A stretch of DNA of 64,000 nucleotides from Nitrosopumilus sp. (GTDB taxonomy: Archaea > Thermoproteota > Nitrososphaeria > Nitrososphaerales > Nitrosopumilaceae): contig OZ245040.1 of the NCBI GenBank assembly GCA_965224195.1, positions 96,001 to 160,000 of the forward strand, given 5' to 3'. A program made the translations under genes and the position numbers. Each line of letters begins with the position of its first letter. Position 1 is the stretch's first letter. Below, piece after piece: positions 43,223 through 53,888 of this stretch. A model generated the notes under the pieces. It ran no database searches. It saw only the letters and a program-made list of their open reading frames with translations, and was not told the origin of the DNA.

Positions 43223-43987
43223 ATGGCTAAAATAGTAGTTTTTGATTCAGGTCTAGGCTCATTGTCAATAATTAAGGCCATGCAAAAAATTTCAAAGTCA
43301 GAGATTATCTACTTTGCAGACCAGGAAAATTTTCCTTATGGAAAAAAATCTCAGGCTCAACTTTCTAAAATTATTAAAAAGTCTATTAAAATACTTGATG
43401 CGCAATTCTCTCCAAACCTCATAGTTGTTGCATCAAATACGCCTAGTTTAATGCTAAATTTAACATCCAAAAAAATAATTAATGTAAAACCTCCTCTAAA
43501 AGAGGCTCAAAAAAAATCTAAGACAAAACGAATTGGAATATTAGCAACAAAAAGTGCAATTAACAGCAAAGGTTTAACACAATACATTAAAAAAAATAAT
43601 TTCTCAAAAGATTTCAAATTTTTTAAAATAAATGGATCAGAATTAGTTGAATTGGTAGAATCTGGAAAATTTCTTTTAAATAAAAAATATTCTCAAATAA
43701 TAATTAAAAAAATACTTGAACAAACAATATTAAAAAATAATATAGATACCGTTACACTTTCAAGTACTCATTTACTATTTTTAAAATCATTGTTAAAAAA
43801 ACAATTTCCAAAAATTAATTTTATTGACCCATCAAGACAAGTTGCAGAAAAAACACTAATTAAAACAAAAAATAACCAATCCAAAAAAAATTCTTTAAAA
43901 ATTTTTGCAACAGGAAATACCAAAACATTTCAAACAAAATTAAATAAAATAGGAATTAAAAACAAAGTTAATTTGTTTACTTCTTAG
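43223..43987 (+). CDS. Glutamate-racemase-like protein
   Basis: FDSGLGSLS, FPYGKKS, GILAT; catalytic Cys positions read ASNT and SSTH. Confidence 0.85.
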   Translation: MAKIVVFDSGLGSLSIIKAMQKISKSEIIYFADQENFPYGKKSQAQLSKIIKKSIKILDAQFSPNLIVVASNTPSLMLNLTSKKIINVKPPLKEAQKKSKTKRIGILATKSAINSKGLTQYIKKNNFSKDFKFFKINGSELVELVESGKFLLNKKYSQIIIKKILEQTILKNNIDTVTLSSTHLLFLKSLLKKQFPKINFIDPSRQVAEKTLIKTKNNQSKKNSLKIFATGNTKTFQTKLNKIGIKNKVNLFTS

Positions 43988-44738
43988 CTTTTCTATAACC
44001 ATGACTAAATTTTTTATCATATAGTTTTGAATATTCGTATGTTTTAGGATCTATTACATCACTGATTATGACAATTGCAGTACGTGTAATTTTTTCTTCT
44101 TTAATTTTTTTAGCAATATCCCCTAACGTTCCTTTGATAATTTTTTGATCAGGCCAGCTTGCTCTATAAACAACTGCAACTGGTGTAGATTTTTTATATC
44201 CTCCTTCAATTGCTTCTGTAACTAGCTTTGAAATTAATTGTATACTAAGATAAAAAATTAATGTAGCTTTGTGTTTTGCAAGCTCTGAAATTTTTTCGCG
44301 TTTTGGAACTTTAGTTCTAGATTCACCTCTTGTAACAATAATTGTTTGAGTAACTCCAGGAAGTGTTAATTGCATTCCAAGTGCAGCTGCTGAGGCTAAA
44401 AATGCAGTAACTCCAGGAATTACAGTTGATTTAATTCCTTTTTTCTCAAGATTGTCAATCTGTTCTTTGATTGCACCATAAATTGAAGGATCACCATCAT
44501 GTAATCTAACAACTAGTTTGTTTTTTTTTGCATTTTTGTATAACAAATCAAAAATTTCTTCTCTAACTAATTTGGCAGCATCATGCAGCTTTCCTTTCTT
44601 ACATAATTTTAAAATTGGTTCAGGAATTAAAGATCCAGAATATACAACAACATCTGCTTTTTGAATTAATTTTTTAGCTTTAACGGTGATTAGTTCAGGA
44701 TCACCTGGACCACAACCGACAAAAAAAACCTCAGACAC
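43977..44738 (-). CDS. cbiF: Cobalt-precorrin-4 C11-methyltransferase
   Basis: GCGPGDPELIT, RLHDGDPSIYGA, YRASWPD. Confidence 0.93.
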   Translation of the reverse strand: MSEVFFVGCGPGDPELITVKAKKLIQKADVVVYSGSLIPEPILKLCKKGKLHDAAKLVREEIFDLLYKNAKKNKLVVRLHDGDPSIYGAIKEQIDNLEKKGIKSTVIPGVTAFLASAAALGMQLTLPGVTQTIIVTRGESRTKVPKREKISELAKHKATLIFYLSIQLISKLVTEAIEGGYKKSTPVAVVYRASWPDQKIIKGTLGDIAKKIKEEKITRTAIVIISDVIDPKTYEYSKLYDKKFSHGYRKAKK

Positions 44739-45453
44739 GTTTTACCACCAAGATTGAGAAATATTTTGTTGTTAATGATGAATCATTTACTTCACCTAAT
44801 GTCATTTTTCTAATGATTTCATTTTCTGTTCCAAGATCTTGTCCTATTGCAAAAATAGAATTATCCGGGAATCCTGATTCTTTTAGAACCTCGATGACTT
44901 TATCAAAATATCTTCCATCTTTTAGGAAAATCATTGATTCAGAATGTTTTGCAATTTCTTTTACACTTGATAAATCATAACAAGATGGAATAATGGCAAC
45001 TTTCTCTGCACCTTCAGCTACACTTACACCAACTTTGGCTGCAAATGTAAACATGGAAACAATTCCAGGAATTACACTAATATCCATATCAGGATAATTT
45101 TCTTTAAGATCTTTGTGCATGTAGATCCAAGTACTATACAAGAAAGGATCACCTACAGTAAGATAAACAACATTTTTTCCAGTTAACACAGTTTCAGCCA
45201 TTATTTTGGCATTTTCCTTCCATGAGGCTTTAAGAATATTTTTGTCTTTAGTCATTGGAAAAATTAATTTTATAATTTCTTGATTTTTAGATTTATCAAT
45301 TATTGGTGAAACAACAGCTAATGCAATACTTGGTCTAGATTCGTTAGAAGCAGGACACATTATGATATCTGCATTCTGAATTGCTTTTACGGCCTTGACT
45401 GTAAGTAACTCAACATCTCCGGGACCGACTCCTATTCCAATTAATCCAGGCAT
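44731..45453 (-). CDS. cbiL: Cobalt-precorrin-2 C20-methyltransferase
   Basis: GVGPGDVELLTVKA, GDPFLYST, YFSILVV. Confidence 0.92.
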   Translation of the reverse strand: MPGLIGIGVGPGDVELLTVKAVKAIQNADIIMCPASNESRPSIALAVVSPIIDKSKNQEIIKLIFPMTKDKNILKASWKENAKIMAETVLTGKNVVYLTVGDPFLYSTWIYMHKDLKENYPDMDISVIPGIVSMFTFAAKVGVSVAEGAEKVAIIPSCYDLSSVKEIAKHSESMIFLKDGRYFDKVIEVLKESGFPDNSIFAIGQDLGTENEIIRKMTLGEVNDSSLTTKYFSILVVKRV

Positions 45454-45489
45454 AAAATGTATAATTTTCTTCCTAATTAAAAATCTAGA

Positions 45490-46080
45490 TTAAATCTTAG
45501 TAGCAGAAATGATGGTTACAGGATTTCTAGCAAGCATCATGGTTCCAGTACTGGTCTTTCTACTTTTAGATATAGTAACTTGAGTAATGTCAACAGCTTC
45601 AAATTCTAATTTTTCTAATACTTGTAATACTGAATACAAAGTCTCAATCAATATAATACCAACTACAATTCTACCTCCAGATTTTAACTTGTTTTCACAA
45701 AGTTCAACTATTTTTTTAGTATCTCCACCTGTGCCACCAATGAAAATAGTATCAGCTTTTTCAAGTTCATGAATTTTTTCTTTAGCATTTCCATGAATTA
45801 CTGAAATGTTAGCCAAACCAAATTTTTCAATATTCTTTTTGGTTAATTCTATAGCATTTTCATCGTAATCAACTGCTAAAACTTTTCCAGATGATTCTAT
45901 TTGATATGCAGCTTCAATAGAGATGGATCCACTACCACATCCAATGTCATAAACAACTTGTCCAGGTTTTAATCTAGCTTTGCTTATTTGAATAACTCTA
46001 ACTTCTTCTTTAGTGATGGGAACTTTTTCTGCCCTCTCAAATTCACTGTCAGGAATACCGGGAGTTTTAAATTTCCACAT
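45490..46080 (-). CDS. cbiT: Cobalt-precorrin-6B C15-methyltransferase (decarboxylating)
   Basis: PITKEEVR, DIGCGSGSIS, ARNPV. Confidence 0.93.
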   Translation of the reverse strand: MWKFKTPGIPDSEFERAEKVPITKEEVRVIQISKARLKPGQVVYDIGCGSGSISIEAAYQIESSGKVLAVDYDENAIELTKKNIEKFGLANISVIHGNAKEKIHELEKADTIFIGGTGGDTKKIVELCENKLKSGGRIVVGIILIETLYSVLQVLEKLEFEAVDITQVTISKSRKTSTGTMMLARNPVTIISATKI

Positions 46081-46105
46081 TTATTATTACCATTTAATTT
46101 CTAGA

Positions 46106-46585
46106 CTAGATGTTAATTCCACTAGTAGTGCTACCTAAATGAGTCAATGTATAACTTACAATCCATGAAAACAAGTATAAGAAAACATAACTCCCAATAG
46201 CTTGTGTAACAACTTTTTTTCTATCTGATGATGGTAATTGCATTTTCATTCCTTTAGCAATTATAATGGTCCCAAAAAATATTACTATCATAAATCCTAT
46301 TGATGCCCATCTTCTTCCTTCACCTTCTATACCTTCAAAGATGAAAGTTGCTGCAGTTCCTGCTATTATAGCCAAAGCAATGCGCATCCAAAATAATTTG
46401 TTTAATTTTTTATCTTTTTCACTTTTCTCAGCAATACTTACTGGAGATTCTCCTGATGGAGTATCTGGAATAGGTTCAGATTTTTCTGTTTCTGGCGTAT
46501 CTACAGGAACATCTTCAACTGATTTATTTTTTGATTCGTTAGGGTCTACTGTAGGTTCAGATTTTTTCTTTTTAAATTTTGCCAA
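46106..46585 (-). CDS. Three-TM membrane protein
   Basis: Acidic N-terminus then three TM helices. Confidence 0.75.
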   Translation of the reverse strand: MAKFKKKKSEPTVDPNESKNKSVEDVPVDTPETEKSEPIPDTPSGESPVSIAEKSEKDKKLNKLFWMRIALAIIAGTAATFIFEGIEGEGRRWASIGFMIVIFFGTIIIAKGMKMQLPSSDRKKVVTQAIGSYVFLYLFSWIVSYTLTHLGSTTSGINI

Positions 46586-46688
46586 GTAATTTTCTAGCGT
46601 GTCTCAAGCAAACCATGTTTAATATCTTTGGTCAAAGTTTGAGCATTTCAAAGCAAGAGTATAATTTTAGACAAGAAACAGGTTAGTT

Positions 46689-48617
46689 ATGACACTATCA
46701 GGGATAGAATTACGATATTTAGTTGATACAATTACAGAACAAGTCCAAGGATACTATATCAGCAACATTTATGGAATTACTAAAGATAGTATTCTTTTCA
46801 AACTTCATCATACAGAAAAAAGTGATCTTTTCATGATGATTTCAACATCAGGTGTTTGGTTAACTGCAGTAAAAATTGATCAAATGGAACCAAACAGATT
46901 ACTCAAAAGGTTGCGAAATGATCTACTCAGATTGAAATTAAAAAAAATTGAACAAATTGGTGCAGAGAGAATAGCATATTTTATTTTTGAAGGATTCGGA
47001 AAAGAGTTAGTTTTAGTAGGAGAATTTTTTGGAGATGGAAATATTTTACTATGTAACAATGAAATGAAAATTCTTGCATTACAGCATTCAATAGATGTTA
47101 GACATAGAAAACTAAGTGTAGGTTTAGAATATACTCAACCTCCTGTTAGTGGGTTAGATATTTTTGATTTGAAAGAATCCGACTTTGATGAACTTAGATC
47201 AACAGATTTAGTTGCCGCAAAATGGTTTGGAAGAACTTTGGGTTTACCAAAAAAGTATGTTGAAGCTGTTTTTGAAACTGCACAAATTGATGGAAAAAGG
47301 ATTGGGAATTTATTATCAGAAGAAGAAATAAAGAAAATTTTTGAAACCATAAAAAAGATTGTTTCAGATGTTGTATCTGGAAATCATGATGCTGTAATAG
47401 TTAGAAATGAAAAAACAGAAGTTCTTCCTTTAAAATTAGAAAAACTAGAAGGAGAAATAACACAGGCAAATAGTTTCATTGAAGGACTGGATACTGTATT
47501 CACTGAAAATATTATAGAAAAAGGAAAATTAGTACAATCAAGTGGGTCTGATAAAAAAATTAAAGAATTACAAACGCAAATCTCTGAACAGGAAAAAGCT
47601 ATTGAAACTGTAAAGGAAAGATCAAAAAACATAACAGATGTAGCAAATTCACTTTTTGAAATGGTATCAAAAGGAATTTTTTCAATTGAAGATATTTCTG
47701 CTCAGGAAATATTGACAACTCACAATGCAAAATTAGTTAGTGAAAAAGGAATTTCATTAATTGTTGTTCAAGATGAAAAAATAAAGATAAACACTCAATC
47801 TCCACTTCAATCAATTGCATCGGTGTTATTCAATGAAGCAAAAAAACAATCAGGTGCAATCTCTTCAATCCAATCAATTAAAGAGAAAACGGAGAAAAAA
47901 TTAGAAAAATTCCAAAACAAAACAGAATCTGAAAAAGATCTTTTTGTAGTTACAGAAATCAGAAAGAAAAGTTGGTACGAAAGATACAGATGGTTCTTTA
48001 CAACTGATGGTTATCTTACCGTAGGTGGAAGAGATGCTGCTTCAAACTCGGCTGTAGTAAGAAAACATTTAGTAAAAAATGATAAAATATTTCATGGTGA
48101 TATTTTTGGTTCACCGTTTTTTATTTTAAAAGATGCTGAACATGCACCTGATACAAGTATGAATGAAATTGCACATGCAACTGTATGCTTTAGCAGAGCT
48201 TGGAGAGAAGGACTGTATGGTGTAAGTGCTTATTGGATTCATCCTGATCAAGTAAAAAAATCTGCATCGAGTGGCGAATTTTTACCTAAAGGATCATTTA
48301 CTATTGAAGGACAAAGAAATTTTATAAAATCTGAAACTCTTAGACTAGCTGTAGGTATCATCAAACAAGATGATGATTATGTTTTAACATGCGGTCCTCC
48401 TGAACCAATTAAAAAATATTCTACATTGTATGCAATTATTGAACCACATGGTTCAGAAATGGCTGAAACAGCTAAAAAAATTAGAATTGAATTTTCTAAA
48501 TTGGAAGAAGAAATTGCAAAAAATATTCCTATAGATGATTATGTACGTGCATTACCAGCTGGAAAAAGCCAAATTATTAAAGTAGAATATGGTGATGCAA
48601 CTCTACTTCCTTTGTAA
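46689..48617 (+). CDS. rqcH: Ribosome quality-control factor RqcH/NEMF (NFACT)
   Basis: EFFGDGNI, WYERYRWF, GGRDAASN, GEFLPKGSF. Confidence 0.92.
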   Translation: MTLSGIELRYLVDTITEQVQGYYISNIYGITKDSILFKLHHTEKSDLFMMISTSGVWLTAVKIDQMEPNRLLKRLRNDLLRLKLKKIEQIGAERIAYFIFEGFGKELVLVGEFFGDGNILLCNNEMKILALQHSIDVRHRKLSVGLEYTQPPVSGLDIFDLKESDFDELRSTDLVAAKWFGRTLGLPKKYVEAVFETAQIDGKRIGNLLSEEEIKKIFETIKKIVSDVVSGNHDAVIVRNEKTEVLPLKLEKLEGEITQANSFIEGLDTVFTENIIEKGKLVQSSGSDKKIKELQTQISEQEKAIETVKERSKNITDVANSLFEMVSKGIFSIEDISAQEILTTHNAKLVSEKGISLIVVQDEKIKINTQSPLQSIASVLFNEAKKQSGAISSIQSIKEKTEKKLEKFQNKTESEKDLFVVTEIRKKSWYERYRWFFTTDGYLTVGGRDAASNSAVVRKHLVKNDKIFHGDIFGSPFFILKDAEHAPDTSMNEIAHATVCFSRAWREGLYGVSAYWIHPDQVKKSASSGEFLPKGSFTIEGQRNFIKSETLRLAVGIIKQDDDYVLTCGPPEPIKKYSTLYAIIEPHGSEMAETAKKIRIEFSKLEEEIAKNIPIDDYVRALPAGKSQIIKVEYGDATLLPL

Positions 48618-48637
48618 ATACTAAATATTTTTTTAGT

Positions 48638-49002
48638 TACAACACTACTCACTACAACACTACTCACTACAACACTACTCACTACAACACTACTCACTAC
48701 AACACTACTCACTACAACATTACTCACTACAACATTACTCACTACAACATTACTCACTACAACATTACTCACTACAACATTACTCACTACAACATTACTC
48801 ACTACAACATTACTCACTACAACACTACTCACTACAACATTACTCACTACAACACTACTCACTACAACATTACTCACTACAACATTACTCACTACAACAC
48901 TACTCACTACAACACTACTCACTACAACACTACTCACTACAACACTACTCACTACAACACTACTCACTACAACACTACTCACTACAACACTACTCACTAC
49001 AA
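48638..49002. repeat. 15-bp minisatellite TACTCACTACAACA(C/T), 23 full units plus partial ends
   Basis: Direct reading; last-base variant order C4 T7 C T C T2 C7; no spacers. Confidence 0.97.
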
Positions 49003-49368
49003 TATTTTATTTTTTTTTAAAAATTAAAATTTTTTTCCTACAAATTATCATCATAAATTACTATGATTCATTATTTTAGATTTAATTCCTGTATTTCCTC
49101 AAAAAATCAGAGATCCAAATTGGATCAAAGTATCATCTTAATGTCCATCATGGAATCAGTCTTTTAGGTACATTTCCACCTTCTTTATCGCTTTTTGTGA
49201 ATCATTTTTTGTTGGTGTAGAAGAAGATGAGGTGTTTACCTTAGACTATCTTTTGGATAGCATTGATGGGTTTTTGGATCCCCTAGAGAATTCTCTACAC
49301 CAAATTCTTGCAAATCAAATTCTACACCAAGAAATTTTTGCAAATATTTGTGTGGAGGATTTCTTTAA

Positions 49369-50880
49369 TTGAAAGCTCTTCTATCTTTTATTGCAATTTT
49401 GTTGTTAACAACATCTAGCTTACCAGCTGGATTTGCAGACATTACACCAGTTGATTCATCAAATATTACATTAGTAGAACAACCAATTATACAAACAAGA
49501 AAAACAATTTCTATAAATCTTGACGAAATTGTAGGATTATCAACTGATACACCAAAGAAAAATGAAATTCAAAATACAACTTTTTTCATTGCATATAACA
49601 CATCAAAAATAATTCATCTTGATGAAGATCTATCTATGAAATCATCAACACATGATCAAAAAGTTCATTATGATTATGTTACAATACAACCACAACCAAC
49701 AGTTGAAAGAATTTTACAAACAGACAAACTTTGTGATGATCGAAAAAAGAATCTTAAAGTTGATTTACTTAATTTTGATGATTTAGATCAACAAAAATCT
49801 GATAATTTAATTTCAATTGATTCCACAATTTTACAAACAACCTTTTTTGCTGATCCCTTTAATCTTGTTTTTAATCTTATATCTGAACAAAATCTTTTAG
49901 AATTTGTAAATATTTTTGAAGAACAATCTATTACAAATATTTATAATTCTGTTTCAAATTTTGATCCATCTTTTCTTTTTGATAATTCTTTTGTTGTTGT
50001 TATATTTGCTCCACTTGTTTTCTTTTTGTTTATTTTTGCTGAGGATGTTAAATTTAAATTTGAAAAAGTTCGTCCTTTCCTTTCTTTTATTTTCATTGTA
50101 ATTATTTTATCAACCGTTGTTGTAACACCTTACTCTGTTTCATCTGTATATTGGCCTGAAGCTTATGCTGATACTGATAACATGGATGAATCAATTTATG
50201 ATAACACAACTGCCTCAACAGATAACATCTCATCTTCTTCTACACCAGCTGAAGATACAGAAACTGTTGAGGATTCAACCTCTGTTCACACTGATGCCTC
50301 AGTAGGCTCAACCTCATCTTCTTCTACACCAGCCGAAGATACCGAGTCTACTGAGGTTTCATCTACAAACAGTACAGCAACTGAAGTTATTCCTACAAAC
50401 AGTACAGCAACTGAAGTTATTCCTACAAACAGTACAGCAACTGAAGTTATTCCTACAAACAGTACTACAACCGACATCATTCCAGTCAACGGTACAGTCA
50501 TCCCAGGCACAAACTCCACTGACATCATTCCAGTCAACGGTACCATTTGTAGGATTGAGAAAGTCAGAATCTGTAAAGCCACAAACTCCACTGACATCAT
50601 TCCAGTCAACGGTACAGTCATCCCAGGCACAAACTCCACTGACATCATTCCAGTCAACGGCACAGTCATCCCAGGTACAAATAGTACTATAGTCATCGTT
50701 CCTAATGCTACTGAATCATGGTCATTTGACACTCAGATTAACGGTTCCAGATTCATAGGAGATGTCTACATTGAGGAGAGTGATTCCAGCCTAATTTTAG
50801 ATGGTGATGGTTATCTTTCAAATGATGGTAATTCAACAAGTGATTTATCCAATATCTCAGTCACCGCTTGGGTTAATCCT
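49369..50880 (+). pseudogene. Large surface glycoprotein (LamG-type) truncated and fused in frame to an IS5 fragment
   Basis: Signal peptide, TMs, Thr-rich NST/NGT repeats, LamG-like start (LILDGDGYL..SVTAWVNP), then IS sequence. Confidence 0.8.
50362..50690 (+). repeat. 30-bp (TNSTATEVIP) x3 and 48-bp (TDIIPVNGTVIPGTNS) x~4 coding repeats
   Basis: Direct reading. Confidence 0.85.
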
Positions 50881-51572
50881 GATTCATTCATGAAATTATT
50901 GGGTTATGCGAGAATCTATTTTGGACTGCCATTCAGACAAACAGAAGGAATGATTCGTGCATATTGTAATAGAATTCCAGCAGTTCCTGATTTTACACCA
51001 GTCCACAAGAGAGTAGACAAGCTTGACATCAAAATTGATAATTCCATTGGAGATAACAATGAAATCATTTTAGCAATTATAGTACAGGAATCAAGGTTAC
51101 AAACAGATGCGACAGAAATGGTACATGAGAAGAGGGTTTCTAAAAATCCATGTTGGTGCTGATGCCAGAACTAGTACAACAAGCATTGTATAAAGGAAAT
51201 GCAGTCAAGGTACTGGCTGATGGTGCATATGATTCAGAAAACAACTTCTCATATCTGTACCACAATACAGATGCACTACCTGCAATCAAAGTAAGAAAGA
51301 CATCATCTCTCAAAACAAAATGTTATCCGAGAAGGAAATCAGTTTTGGCTCAGATATTTAATTATGAACTGTGGAGGCGCAGCGTTAGCTATGGGGACAG
51401 ATGGATTGTAGAGTGTGCGTTTTCAGCGTTTGAGAGAATGTTTGGCAATATGTCACGGCTCACAAGAGAAAATACATGGTAAAGGAATTAAAATTAAAAG
51501 CCGGGCTGTACGATATGCTTGCAGGTGTTTGAGGGAATGAAATTAGTTGGAAATGATTTGTTCGACAGAGTA
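50876..51572 (+). mobile_element. Degenerate IS5-family copy (relative of 53889-54880)
   Basis: PDSFMKLLGYAR..., LADGAYD; ends ATTTGTTCGACAGAGTA, identical to the TIR of the intact copy. Confidence 0.88.
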
Positions 51573-52072
51573 CAAGAAATCATAAACGAGTTGAAATTCC
51601 ACAAATGAATGACATTATAATATCTGAATTTATCCATGAACTGGCCCGAGTGTTGATTCCGTCTGGCCACCTGTTCTTATGGTTGGACAAGTTTCATCTA
51701 TGTACCAATTTCAAGGATTGGTTTAGCTCAACATGTCTTCATGCTGTTGATATGATTACCTGGAATAAACAAAAAATTGGGCTGGGTTATCGTGCAAGAC
51801 ATACAAGTGAATTTTTAATGGTATTGCAAAAAGAACCCAAACGAGCTAAAGGATGCTGGACATTAAGAAATATCCCCGATGTTTGGGGTGAAAAAGTCCC
51901 CCCCTCAAAAAAATATCATCATACAAAGCCAATAGGCTTACAATCCAAACTTATCGAAGCTGTATCAAACAAAGAAGATTTAGTCATTGATCCAGCTGTT
52001 GGCTCATTTTCTGTTTTAGATTCATGCATTGCAACAGAGAGAAATTTTCTTGGCTGTGATATTAGAGGATAA
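51573..52072 (+). pseudogene. N4/N6 DNA methyltransferase, 5'-truncated by IS
   Basis: HTKPIGL..LVIDPAVGS..FLGCD; N-terminal DPPY-type motif absent. Confidence 0.8.
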
Positions 52073-52073
52073 A

Positions 52074-52742
52074 TTGGTTAGATTATCAGATACAAAAGAA
52101 AAGAAATGCCAGGGTGAGGCATATTTTAGATGTTTTGGAAATTAACAACTAGCATCTATTTTGAGTAGAACACAGGCATTGATAATCAAATATGGAACTG
52201 ATCTTGAACATATGATTTTAGACAGAGTGCATACAATAGACAATCTTGATGATCATTTGGCATCATCAACAATTCATCAAGAAATAACAGTTGTGCCAAA
52301 AAAAGCTATCAAAAAATCAGAAATTGTTAGTTTTGATGGGGTAGAACCAGATTTTATGATATTTGTGGAAAAGGACAACCTGAAAGCTTGTCATTTGGTA
52401 GAGCTCAAAGATGGTTGTGCATTTGATACGAAATCATCAGCAGCTGAAAAAGAACATCTGCATGAATTTATAAGAAAAAATGCTCAGAAATTACAATATA
52501 CGTTTGAAGGGCATATCTGTTGTTTCAATGAACAATCAAGGGAAGGAATCATCAAGGGATTTAAAAACAAAATAACTGATGAGGATGCCCTGACAGGCAG
52601 AGAATTTTGTGAATTATTACAGATTGATTATGACGAAATTGTAAATACATGCAGTAAAGACCGCAATGAAAACCTGCAATTCTTTATCAACAATCTAATC
52701 AAAGATGAGAAAATACTGAAAGAACTGCAAAAAATTATTTAA
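52074..52742 (+). pseudogene. Type II restriction endonuclease with in-frame stop at 52143-52145
   Basis: GTDLE..EPDF..VELKDG..FDTK PD-(D/E)xK pattern; directly downstream of the MTase. Confidence 0.7.
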
Positions 52743-52789
52743 ATCTCAATTTGGAGAAAATTCATATCCCCCGATAAGTTGACAGAACC

Positions 52790-52860
52790 GCAATTAAAAG
52801 GATTTTTTCCAGACCTAATTGTAATTACTGATGGAACAGAGCAGCCAATACCTATGTTTA
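52790..52860 (+). pseudogene. Short IS5-family transposase fragment
   Basis: FFPDLIVITDGTEQPIP, homologous to the 58687-59755 transposase. Confidence 0.65.
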
Positions 52861-53314
52861 AGAGAAAAATTACCCCCAGATATTATTTTACGCAGTTTTG
52901 GTGGAGAATATTTCTTTTTTCTTTCTTCATAATTAGCATTAAACCAATGATCCATTTCTTTTGGTTTAGTCATAAAATAAACAATAAGATAATGTGTTTC
53001 AACCAAATCACGTAATGACGATAATGATTGTAATTCAAAACCACTATAGCACAATAACATTAATGCATGTGTTATTTTATGTGCTCTTGAAAGTAATTCA
53101 CAAAGTACAGGAAAGACTTCAATCTCAGAAGTATTTTGTAAATGTGTGATACATTGTAATGAATGTTTGATTGTTGTAATTAAATCATCATATCGTGAAT
53201 CAATATCTTCACATAGTTTTTTTGGTCTATGTGTGTTTTATTTAATAATTCAATTAAGAAATCATTCATTTATCTAGATATTATGATGTAAAGTGAATAT
53301 AAAAAAAATTATTT

Positions 53315-53569
53315 CTATATTATTTTAATACAATCTTTTACCATTTTTTCATATTCCTTTTGTTTATCAGGATCATCAAAGATTACCTCAAAGAGTCCAC
53401 TCATATTATTAGCAGGTTCTGATATAATCTTTTTTTGTGAATCTACAATATCTATGATTTCTAATACACAGAGAGGATGCCCATCTGTGTATGAATAAAA
53501 CATAGCGACTGAAACTATTGATATTAAGATTATTGAAACTATAATAATTAAGATTTTTTTTGTGTTCAT
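53315..53569 (-). CDS. Small membrane-anchored protein
   Basis: N-terminal TM, two Cys. Confidence 0.55.
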   Translation of the reverse strand: MNTKKILIIIVSIILISIVSVAMFYSYTDGHPLCVLEIIDIVDSQKKIISEPANNMSGLFEVIFDDPDKQKEYEKMVKDCIKII

Positions 53570-53888
53570 GATAAAAAAAGAAGTTAGTTTCCTCCGAAGT
53601 CAACTGCCATGTAACCAATCATGTTATTACTGAAAGTAGTTGCTTTCGTAGGATCTGTTGGTACACTATACCATCCATTAGTCCAAACAAGGACAACATC
53701 TCCGTTATGGATATACGGACAATACTCGTACATGATTCCAGTATTGGTATTCCATGTATGATAACATCCTTGGTTTGGTGTAGTGACAGGATACCAAGTT
53801 TCTAATGCATCATCAAACTTGTAGATGTTGCTTGATGTATTACAGAAAGGCCATGAATTTTTATCCAATTCGTCAGGATATGAAATTC

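Noticed and set aside
48539-48997. ORF (SSVVV)n on the minus strand
   Set aside because: Open only because the repeat lacks stops in that frame; overlaps rqcH antisense
48638-49002. Possible CRISPR array
   Set aside because: Head-to-tail 15-mers with no unique spacers and no cas genes
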